A DNA stretch of 64,000 nt from Phoronis australis (Eukaryota > Animalia > Phoronida): contig NMRA01000220.1 in assembly GCA_002633005.1 (NCBI GenBank), positions 228,444 through 292,443 of the forward strand, read 5' to 3'. Below are positions 27,201-39,200 of the stretch, piece by piece. Position 1 is the first letter of the stretch. Each line of letters opens with the position of its first letter. A program made the translations under genes and the position numbers. Below the pieces are notes generated by a model. The model saw nothing but the letters and a program-made list of their open reading frames with translations. It ran no database searches and was not told the DNA's origin.

Positions 27201-30200
27201 GACTGAGCATGACTTGGTATGCGTCGTTCTTGGTGTCATTGCAACAGGGCTGCTGCACTGATGAGGGAGTTGTGCGGCAAAAAACGACCGGCCGACGGCA
27301 AAAAAAAAAACGAGAATCGGAGCTTTGTGAGATAAATACACGAAACGTACAGAGACTGGCATAGATTAAGTAATATCCAACGAGACATTACTCCGCGTAT
27401 TTATCGAGACCGACGGGTCGAGGTCGGTACTCAGAATAATGTTGTGTGGGATATCACTTCATCTAAGCCAATCGAGGTGCGTTTTGTATTTATCCCATAC
27501 GTTTCGAATTCCTAAGTTTCTTTCATTTTAGATAAAAATTTTAAATACTTCACTGTTCACGTGGCGAAGTATCTTGCGCGTTATGTTACAAATTCTCTCT
27601 AGTAAAAACACTTTTAAAAGTAACAATTTATTACTTGAAAAAAGATAACAAAAATAAAAACAACGGTAATTGTGCCTCGAACTTGTTACATTTCCGTAAA
27701 ATAATTAAATAACAATAATATTTAACATTGTAGTTACCGAAGAATCGGCGCCTGAGTTGCAGACGATAAAATATTTCGCAAATAAACTGTCATAGAATTA
27801 AGTTTTGTACCAGACGTAATGTTTGGAATCTGATTGCATGTTGAGTGTTATTGATACGGCTGCAATTTTATAACTATTTTGGAAAGTTTTGATGATCGAA
27901 CCGACTAATGACGCCGAGTCGACACTGACCTACCTTTTGAGCTTTCCATTTTAGACAGCTATTAAAGTACATGTAGTCACGGGAGTGCAATATGGAAAAC
28001 AATACCACAGACCAGATCCATTTAAAATGTTTTTTTTTGGGCCCAACGTTATTGTGCCTCCGGATTGCAACGTTTCCTGTATTTATGAGAAACAGGTCGC
28101 TTTGTGGCGAAACAGCTTATATCTGTTACACTCGTTGCTACGACCACACTTGAAGCTCCGAGTCATTAACAATTTCTAATCGGAAAGCAAAAATATTTTT
28201 TGTTATAGTATGCTCTTCTCGAAATTAGGAAACCTGAAACGATCTAAAACGATATACACGGAAGCTATCAGTATGGTAGCATTTCGGAAGACTGTACTTG
28301 AAATATATAAGTGTAATAGGAAATTGCATGAGATCACACATCAACGATAATCTTGCAGACCTACATGTAGCAAACTCGACATACGGCCATGTTCGAGGAT
28401 GAGTAAGTTTTCAAACTGTATGCTGTCCAGACGTCCGAAGTCCAGCCAAAATTCTGAGAAGTATTTCTTCTATTTTCGGAAGGACTTGAATTCAGAGTCC
28501 ACATCAGTTCTAGTAAGAGAGCCCTTAGCTGTTTAGCAAGGTGACAAATTTTTATCCGACTGGTTGGAAACGGGACAGCTACCAATCCGAAAAATAGTCT
28601 ACATGTACGAATTGCTAGCAGACCGGCATTACAGACAACAATACGAACTCTCATTGCCTATTTTTTTAAATACAGCGAAATTCGAGTGTCGCTGTGTAAT
28701 TCAGGACCGCCCTTTTGAGTTATTTATACTCACCCACATTAACCTGGGCAATCCAATTGAGAAAATTGTAAGCTCTAAGAACTAAAACAATCCCAATACC
28801 TACATGTATCAAACGATCGCTTCCGTACTCCATGAAAAACTCGGGGGATCAGAATGAGAGTACCTAAAATAATTATCTATAAAGATGAAATACAACTGGA
28901 TTTCAAGAAACTAATTAAGCTAACATTTCAATAAAAATATTGCTGGTTTCTTTTCTCTCAGCATTTCTCGTCTGTCTGTCTGCGTTGCGCAGTAAGAACG
29001 TATATGGAAGTGAGCCGTTTGTCAAAATTGACGATGAAGCTCAGGTTAAGTTTGTTCAAAGACCGGTCGAACGATAAGGCTGTCTTTTCTGTTCGTTCTT
29101 GAAATTTGCAGAACATATGCGAACAAAATTTATTTCTGGTTAATCAGTGCAGAGTCGATCTTCACGGTTGTGACAAAATGGGAAATATTGCATCACGATT
29201 TATAAGCATGGCGATTAGGTTTCAGCACTTGTGAAATTGCAGCTACATACACGTATACGCTATTGAAGTAAAGGCAAGTACATTAATGAAAGCGGAAGGA
29301 AATAAACACGCATTGATAAAAAAAAAACACCCAAGGGTCAATCCATCATGTCATGTTTATTTAGTAATCTGTAACCTTGAACTGCAGCCACTGTATAGTT
29401 CCATTCGAGGCCACGAAGTCACCCCTGCTTGTGAACAACCCGCAATGCCCACGGCCAACAACTAGCACACCTTCACCATGTAGACAATTCGTCTTTTGTG
29501 ATCGCCGACTCCGTCATTTCACATCTATTGCAAATATATCAAAGGATAAATCTCACTCAACTGAGTGTTAATTCAATCTAGGATTCAGTAAGAACACTCG
29601 TTCAACGCAAATAATTTAAAAAATAGAGTATAAAATCAATAATGTCCACAATGAATCGTCGCTGAAACAGTTAAATTAAAGCTGGCGTTGAACGTTTAAG
29701 CTACGCCTCGGTCATTATTCATTTTGGGGTCTGAAAACAAACGTACTGACCTCGGTCATAAGCATATTTTTAGGTCCGGAAACCAAAAAAAACTTTCGTG
29801 AAAATCAATAATTGTTTATGATACACCCATGGCTTGATTTTTAATCACTCCTTGAAAGTTCTCTTTAAATACACGTTGCAGTGTCATACATGTATGCAGC
29901 ACTTTATGGATTTTTGTACAATTTCAATGATACATGTATAATGACGCATTGTTTTTGCTGTGCATATACGTATAAAAGGCGCATCTGAAAATGTGCTATG
30001 GAAAACATAAGTGTAGCTAGAATTCTATGTCAGTGCCGACCCCAGTTGCGACCTACATATAGCTATCGACTGCTGATAGACCGTGGCTTGTTAGATCTGA
30101 GTCGGTCGGCGACCGATCACCGACTCGTTCCTGACCGGTCGGACAAAAATTGATTACATGTGCTTTGACATGGAAATCTTATTTTAAAGTTTCCACTTTA

Positions 30201-33200
30201 TTGACAGGCAGACGTTTTATATGTAAAAGTTTCTACCGTTTAATTTGCCAATAAGTTTGGTGAAAAATGACGAAATGAAGTCGTTTATCTAAGATATCCT
30301 AACAGCACGTTTTCGAGTTAAAACGCAAAATTTCATATTTTTCGAAAAATTTACTGAAATCTGCGAAACTATCAAATTAGATAGAACTTTAGACAGGCTT
30401 TCAGAAGATATTTTTCATTTTTCGGTAAGATGTTTACTTTTTTAATTATTCGAGATTTTCTAATTAGCGCTGCATGGATGTTGGTTTAGCGTCTATTGAA
30501 CAAGACTATAGCCTATTTCTTACTGATTTATGACATTTAAGTTCGTCATATGAATGTTTGTTATGATGTTGCTCATCATCGCCGCTATCATCCTAATATT
30601 GGTCATCTTCGTCATCATTTCCGTCGTCGTCTTTTCAGTTAATTTCGCCAAGTGTCACTCAAGACTGTAGCCTGATTTCTGACCTCTACGTTCATCATAT
30701 GAATGTTATCATTACTTGTATTGTTCATCATCGCCACCATCGTTGTCATATTCATCATCTTCGTCATTATCTCCATCGTCGTCTTTTCTGTTAATTTCGC
30801 CAAGTTTCGCTCCACGGAGCGCTCTCGTTTTTTTGTACGCACGATACAGGTCGCAATTTTCATCTGATCCTCACGAAATGTACACACAACATGTAGTTTT
30901 AGAAGTACTGGAAGCCTATTGTTTTTCGTCAAAATCGGTTCCAAGATGGCGGACGTGGAGGCCATTTTGTTTTCAATTTAGATTCAAATGCTCCTGGAGG
31001 CTATAATTTTTGACGTACAAGACTGAAAATCGACACATTTATTTCAGCACACGTGCTACATGTGTACCAGAAATTTTTTACTTCCGAAATTCACACACAC
31101 CTTGTATTCCCGGAAGTACTGGAACCCTATTGTTTTTTTCACGATCGGATCCAAGATGGCTGATATGGCAGCCATTTTTTTCAGGTTCAGATGCTCATAG
31201 AGGCCGCATTTTTGTTGTACACGGTTGAAAATTGGTAGAAATATAGAAGTGGAAAAGAACTATGAAAAACAACGAAATCATGAACTTCCGGTCAAAGATA
31301 GCGGAAATATTGGCAATAGCGCATGCGCACCTCGATTTTGGGCTGAAAACGTTTTCTCCTGTAGAGGCCGCATTATCAGACCAATTCCTTGAAAATTTTT
31401 CAGGAATTTTTTATGATATGCTATTATTTAAAGCTAAAAAAACGGAAATTGCTTTCAATATGGCGGATCTCGCACATTTTGACCCATTTTCAATCGTGCT
31501 GGGGTGCCATTTTAAACGGGAAAAGAAAATAACGGGATTTTTTGCATGTGGATTCTCTATTTATATGGCCTGTAATATTTTTTCTCAGACTTATTGTCTT
31601 CGAGTTATTAGACTTTGAATTTGAAAAAGTTTCAATTTTTCGAAAAATTTACGGAATTTTGCGAAAGTACCAATTTACAGATAGAGTTTTAAACGCGCTT
31701 TCAGAAGATATTTTCCATTTTTCGCTACGACCTCTAATTTTTTATTATTCGAGATTTTCTGATTCTGCTGTTCCTTTGTTGAACCCTCTTCTTACATTGA
31801 TGTAGGTTTAGCTTCTATTGAACAAGACATTAGCCTATTTCTTGCTGATTTACGACATCTAAGTTCGTCATATGAATATTATGACGTTGTGCATCATCGC
31901 CACCATCATCATCTTCGTCGCCATCTCCGTGGACGTCTTTTCACTTAATTTCTCTCAAAACTAGCATATGTACTGATTTCTGGCATCTTAGCTAGACACA
32001 TAGTGTTGTTCATAATCGCCACTTTCATCAATGTAATCATCGTCGTCATCATGTCAATCGTCATCTTTTTTCGGTTAATTTCGCCAAGTGTCGCTCCTCC
32101 GAGCGCTTTCATTTTTTGTTTTTATTGTTTGTTCTCGAATGATCACCAATCGAATTAAAAAAAGATTTTATGTCAGTTAGCATATGAAAAAGTTCCCAAA
32201 TTGTCACATTAAAAAAGTCCTAGCGTGCAACTATATTTTGCGATTACTTCGATGACAACAGCGTTACCTACCGTTTCGTTCGATGTTCGTAACTACCGAA
32301 GCCGGTATGAACGGTTTTGTTAACTTCGCTGTTTACGTCGACGCCCCGCTGAGACCGGAGTTAAGTCAGTATGAAAAGGCCTTTGGACAGCCGTCTTTTC
32401 AACTCATCAAACTTGACATTTTTCTAGTAGAGATCCCATGTTGTAAAAAATGAATATGTTTACCAACTAAAGTTTTAGGGACACAAATATTGAAAACCCT
32501 CCTGACGATGTTGTGATAAGAAGAACTCCTCTGCAGTGTTTTCCATTCCCAGAGTGAAAACTGATGTATCCACGGGAAAAGATATCATTTGGTAGGGATT
32601 TTGAAAAGGCATTTTTATTGGAAATCGGCACTGTGAAAAAAACTCATCTGAGCGTCATGTACCGTATGTACCTTCAGCAGCTGGGTACTTCTGTAGGCAT
32701 TTCTATCGTTGAACCTTTCCTGTCAATGTTTTCAGGAATGCGAGAATGTTTTTATAGACTGCTAATGCACTTTAATATTGACCCTGATACATAATACTGT
32801 CATGTTTGTTCTTATATTGAACCTTTGCATATGCTGGCAGCAAATTTTTGTTGAAGCAAGTGGCATTAAACACTACAGTTCCGTGAACTCGAGGCTTGTC
32901 ACAAATTATCAAAAATTCTGCATGTTGTGGATAAAAACACTGCAAACGAAAGTATCTTTTAAGACTTAAAAGTCTTTTTCATCTGACATATATCGTTCAG
33001 TAATTTCTTTACATCTGCAACATGAGTGACCCGTTTTTGAGAAAGTGCCAATGTTTCCGCTAGTCCATCAAAGGGATTTAACAATACATGTCGCCAGGAT
33101 TTTATTGCACTATTTCTTTCTTGGACATCGTACCAGGAAAATTGTCGTCTCCTGCCACTCCATCTCTCCACTAAAGTACAAAAAATCGTGTATCAATATC

Positions 33201-36200
33201 AGCATACACACAAGAAGAGATGAATCGAGGTGACGTTTCTCTAGACTTCACACTCGGTCATAGTTTGTATCTGGAATGTCGCTCATATTGTCGAGTTCCA
33301 GTGACATAAATTTCAAACTTCAAAGTCACATACCTTGGAATTATAGCATGCCTGAATACTTCGTGTGGTCTTAATGTTGTTTTCACAAATCTCACCTGGT
33401 AAGTGTTAAATTTGACAACTTATGAAATGAAAATCCCAAATGTGAATTTCGCTGTTGTACTTACAGGCTTTACGTCACAAAGTTTGGTAGTGCAGCAGGA
33501 TGTTGCTGCAGTTGTCAAATTTCTAGTAGTGACGTCATATTCTGCAGTTGAAGCATGGTTTATCCAAAAATTTACACATTTGAGAGACTTGTTAAATGAC
33601 AACATCGTTTCGACCCTTTCAGCTACGTTGATCCGTATTACCTCATTCAACATGCCAACTGTATTACTAGGTGGTCCATTAGAAACACGGCATTAAACGA
33701 TGTCATCGTTTGACCCCGGAAGAAATAAATCGCTTGATATTTCATCTAAAACTTCTTTAAGTGTGATATTATCTTAGATTGATCCCACGGAGGATTTTAC
33801 AACTGCTTGTAGGTCTCTGACAATTGTGAAACATAACACAAAAGTGCCGATTGAGGATTTACGCTTCAAGGACACACAGGGCGCAAGAATTGCTTTTTTG
33901 TTCTGACAATCGGACACTATCGCGTGTTTACGACCGCCGAAAAATCAAATGAGAATGCAACTGATCAAACTATTAAAACGTGTAATAACTTTGTTTTGAA
34001 ATTGTTAAGGTCACGAGCCTTCTTTTGTTCGTCTTTTGTAATTAAAATCAAACACTAAGACCGCTGTTCGGAACTTTCAGAATGTAGCACCTCTGTCAGA
34101 CATGACATTTTAGCCGTTGTGTGACGTATATGATGACTGGTTCTTTCAGATTTTATAATGATTTGCGGCTGACCATTGTGAAAAACAAACTTCTGTACGA
34201 GACTCCTCAATGCACATCATTAAACGAGTTTTTGTCTTCCTGTTACGTATTATTCCCATCACCACAATCTCAACTAGTTTCACGTTCGATTGATCTTAAC
34301 AAACTAGCCTATTGTGTTGATACACAATGCTGTGGTAGTAAGGAGTGTAGTACCCACTCCTTGGTGGTAATAAGCAAGTCACAGCTTACAATCACACAAA
34401 GGAATCAGCAAGTGAAAGTTAAGTCTAATGTCTCTTAAAGTAAACCGTTTCGAAGTTTTTTGGTGATAGTATTTCATACAAAAAACACCTTCTTCACTTT
34501 ACTTGTTGAAAGTCGTTTGGAAATAGTATTTTTATCATCTCTTAACGTCAGGGGCTCTGTTTACAACATAATTCCTGGATTACGTGAGCTTTTCAGATGA
34601 GCGCAGACAATGAGAGAGCTGGCTACGTAAAAATGGTTTGCAAACTTTCTCTTCTTACTATCTGTGTCAAATTGATAGCAACAAGGCTGTATCCCGACTA
34701 GCCGATCAATGAAATCGGGATACTCGTCCCACAGCGCGGGTGCGTCACTGGAGGATCGCATGCCGCAAGCCGCTGCATCCAGATGTTTTTTATAGTTTGT
34801 AGGCTTAGGGAGTGAGAGAGGGAGAGTAGTGAACCAAAATATCATCAGGGTATTCGAAATTGCCAAGCAACCTGATTTTCGGCAGTGCGGAAAAATCAAG
34901 TCGTCGGTTTTCGGATTGTGATATATTTTATAACCTTATGATGACTCTCTGTTTCAGCAACTGAAGGTCCAAAGGTAGAGGTGAAGCTAATAAACTCTCT
35001 GATGAACGGCTATGAAATCAGTGCAAGACCCGTGGAAGAATTCAGTGATGTAGTGAACGTCACGATGGATGTCGCACTGAATCAAATATTTGACCTAGTA
35101 AGTTATGAATAAGCCACTTCATTTGACTTGGTTGCATATCGCAAAATCATGCGAGTTCGTCGCAACTTCGACTTTGTCACCAAATGAAATATGCAAGCGA
35201 GGATTGTGCGTTGCAGATCGTCTGCTTGTTTTCATGAGCAATGTATACAGAAGTCTGACACATTTCTGTTCCATTTACATACGTTGTTTTCTTTTGCAGG
35301 ACGAAAAGAACCAGATTCTGAAATCGTTGATTTGGCTCAGACTGGTAGGTGCAAGGCATATGCATAATGGTAAAACATCTAAACATTTAACACTTGTTAG
35401 ACTGCTTTAAACGATGGTAGGTTTCACTAAAACACTGACTCATTATGCATAGGCCTACTTCATTTAAATCAAGTTAAACATATCCACTCGCGATTGAGGA
35501 CTTAAAAACTCAAAAATCAACCAACTCATATTTACCGTGTATGCGCGTATTTACGCCCATGCGCTAATATGTAAAACTGTGCCTACATCCGGAAACAGCA
35601 TACCGCCATTTGATTTATACTACATGATCAAAACAGCCTCCACCTATATCTCCCCATGAAGGTACTTATGAAAGTTAAAATAATAAAAAAAAACAATCAA
35701 CGTTGACTGGCGTTTTTAACAACTATTGGGCCTTCTAGTTTTAGTTTTTGGCGTCTGTTTCAATATCGAAAACATTCTCAGAAACTTCGTGAAATTTGTC
35801 GTGCATCTTTTTATTAGCAAGACGATGGCGACTGCATATTTGCCAAGGATCAAACCCGTGCTTTTCCTCCGGTGACCGTTATTGGCGTCTGCAGATCTCT
35901 AGTGAAACGTGTTCAGGATCGAACTGATGATAACGATGAGAACATGGTAGGCTGTGGTTTTCCGATGGATCGGGTAAATTACTGCAAATATCCAACAATA
36001 TGCAGCATGTTTTTGTATATCTTCATAAATCTGGCACAGATTGCAATATAGCTAACATTCACAGGGGCGGATCCAGGGCTTTGAGTTGGAGGGCAGGCCA
36101 GAGTATTACCGAGTATTACCCAGGAAATTGCCCGACAGACATTCGCACATCCCGAACTTCCAAATCGAATCTGAGAAAGTTTTAGGGGGCCCCCTTTGCC

Positions 36201-39200
36201 CCCCTCTAAGTCCGCCACTGACTCAAGGGAAGACACTTGTCCATTCTTGCGTAAATCTGATTAATGATCCATCGCCTGCGATTGTCTTAATTTTGTTTCA
36301 GCGAAACACCGTAAAAGCAAGTTCGCTTGCTTTAGACATTAATTTTCTGAGGCCACTGAAACTTAGCAGACATGTTTTGAAATCAAGGCCGCAACCGCTA
36401 ATGTGGTGTTGAATTCCACTTGCCTACTGCGGCAAAAGATTGACGTCCACCAAGTCAAGCGAACCATGCTCATTAAATTCAGCTTGTATGATTTTACTAA
36501 TGAGAAGATGTCGCCCATCAATTTTTAGGACAATTTCCACTGTGGCCCACGAGACTAGTTGGAAATAATGTAATACCGTGTTCAGACGTGGACTTTACAT
36601 TTGCAGGTCGTCTGTTCAGAAGGGAGATCCACTTGTTATAACGAGCCTTCATGAAGGCATCCGATCAGCATCTGTGATTTAGCGAGTGACTACCTTAACA
36701 TTAAAACACGAAATGTTAATATTTTGACCAATCACGTGCGATCGTGGGCGAACAGAGCCTATACACACACGATTGTGGTCTGAATCTTACAGTAAGAGGA
36801 TAGGCTTGCCGTCTGATTTTGGCACGGGCGACAGAAATGCAGACCAGACTTCTGACAAGCATTCATGGTTTATATGTGAATTTTTCGAACGTCCGGTCTG
36901 CCTTCGGATCTGAAACGTTAAAAGGTCAACAAGCGCAAAATTTGTTATTTTGTGTCCGAGCCACACCATAGTTACATAAACAGTTAAAAGTGAATCTCAA
37001 ATATGACCGCTAGTGTGAGTTTTGATTTATGTTGACTTTAGAATGGCTGCTAAATCGGCAACGGCACCCTTTCGTAGGAGATTCTGTGACTGAAAGGCAC
37101 AATTTCATTGGGAAACTGGTCGTGAAAAAGTCACTTTTCTTAGCAGCACGTCCCGCATACCTCTTCTTTATGGGAGTACCCCCCACAAGTAGTCATTCAA
37201 AGCGCAGTTGTTAAACAGACACCTTTTGGAGAACTCTAAGACTACAGTATTATGGAAACATTCGAGACTTTTCACATATCCTTGCATTCTTTTGGGTACA
37301 GAATTGGAGAGACGAAACGTTGAAGTGGAACACTTCGGCTTACGAGGGGCTTGACTTAATCACGTTTGCCGTCTGCCCGAATACGGTTGCCAGACTTGGT
37401 TGTTTGGAACACGTACATGTAAGTGCGACTTCCAGCTTTATGACTGGTCGAAGTTTTTGTTGCAGAATTGGATCGATTACGGTCTGAAATGGAATTCTTC
37501 AAAATACGAGGGATTGAAAGACATCACTCTTGCATCCACTAGAGTGTGGCGCCCAGACCTAACTTTGTGGAATAAGTAAGTCCGCGAAAATGCATCCGTC
37601 ATCGGACGACAGGATACATGCTTAAAGTTTTGGACCAAAAGTACGGTAACAAGACGTAGAAGTAGCTTTAACACCCTGTGTACAACCTTAAAGCCCTACA
37701 CTGTTCGTTGCACCATCGGTTCTATCGCAATAATTGAAAAACAATTTTTTGTTTTTCATTTATTGGTTGCTTTAGAGATCAACAATATAGCCATACACAA
37801 TTTAGCAGCTTTTTGTTATGCTTTATTGCATGTGTATTCAAATTACATTTCTGCTGAACTGGCACTCAGCCTCATAAAATACAACGAGATTAAAAATAAT
37901 TATTTCAAGGACCGCGCAGGATTCACCTAACGGGCACATTGTGAAGCATTAAGTTTCGCGACCGAATTCCTGCAAAACACGTAAGTTAAGCGTTTTTACA
38001 GAACTCAGGGGGCACAGAACTGTTCTCATTGGGATCTGCCTAGCACACATCAATGGACTTTTCACCTTTTTTCACTCTGCAAAGGATGAAAAAAAATGAG
38101 TTATTTCACAAAAAAAACTTACAGATGAGCACAGAAACTTTATTTTGTTTAGTTTTATTTTTGAACATTCACTCCTACTGAAAAGCAAGGTAGGAGCAAA
38201 AACCACAAAATTGGAACTTTGCACCTCAAAACCACCACTTCCCTGCCGATAAGTGACTTACAAACTCTAAAAATATGGTCCAATTCTAGGTTGTTTGAAG
38301 GTTACCTGAAATCGCAGCAGATTTTTCAATCGCTACGCAGAAATACAACTACACTATAGCGGACTGCCATCTTGAAGAATAGTGCATCTACAGCCGAGCA
38401 AGTGGCCTTTTTTCATTCTCAACCAAATTCAATGAGCGTACTGTTCAGTGCAAATTCAGCCCTGTTTCATGTGGCAATCCGTAATCCCGGGAGACGCAAG
38501 TATGGCATATGTTAAAAACACGAGCACCGACCTCAGCCACGTGATTCACGCTTTTGTGAATTTGAACTTTGAAACTTGAATACGACACAGCTGCAGTTTT
38601 TCATTGAATTGTGTTGGGGTGATAACTAAAGAAAACGAGTACGTTTAGCTAAATATGTTGTTTTGTCGATTCTTGAGATTGAGATCATACATGTACTAAT
38701 TTTCTGTATATTGTGGATTTCTTCGCCTTCAAAAATATTGAATTTAACGATAGATTATAGACAGAAGATGCACAACTCCGACATTTTCTTGCGTATCCTA
38801 GAGGAGGTGCCACTCCCCTAAATTACAATTTTCAGTTTCCGGTTAATGTATTGTGACGGGAAATCTATTTTACTGTCCAGTACAACGAAAAAAAAAATTA
38901 GGTATTGAAACGCTGTTCAAAGTCTTCCAATAGTAGAACTGTTTGTATCGTGAATACTCTTAGCACCTAACCACACAACAGCCGACCATGATAAGCAGAC
39001 GACATACTTGCCGGGAGTAAAACTTGTTAATTTTGCCAGGTGTCGCTAGTGAATAATGATCGACGTCTGGGCTTCTGCGTAAGATCACAGATTTGGTCCA
39101 TTGAAAAAAAAAGGAATTGGCGGTCAATGTACTTTTGTCTATTACCAAACAGACGTACAAAGGTTCACGCTTTTATTAGCAATGACAAGCGTATAACGCT

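Noticed and set aside
30639-31006. Met/Thr-rich and Ser-rich ORFs
   Set aside because: Translations of CAT/CGT-rich repeats within the Helentron-like repeat.
32802-32969. [21 protein letters not shown] as alternative signal-peptide exon
   Set aside because: No good phase-1 GT donor after the hydrophobic stretch. 24245-24296 fits size, phase and donor consensus better.
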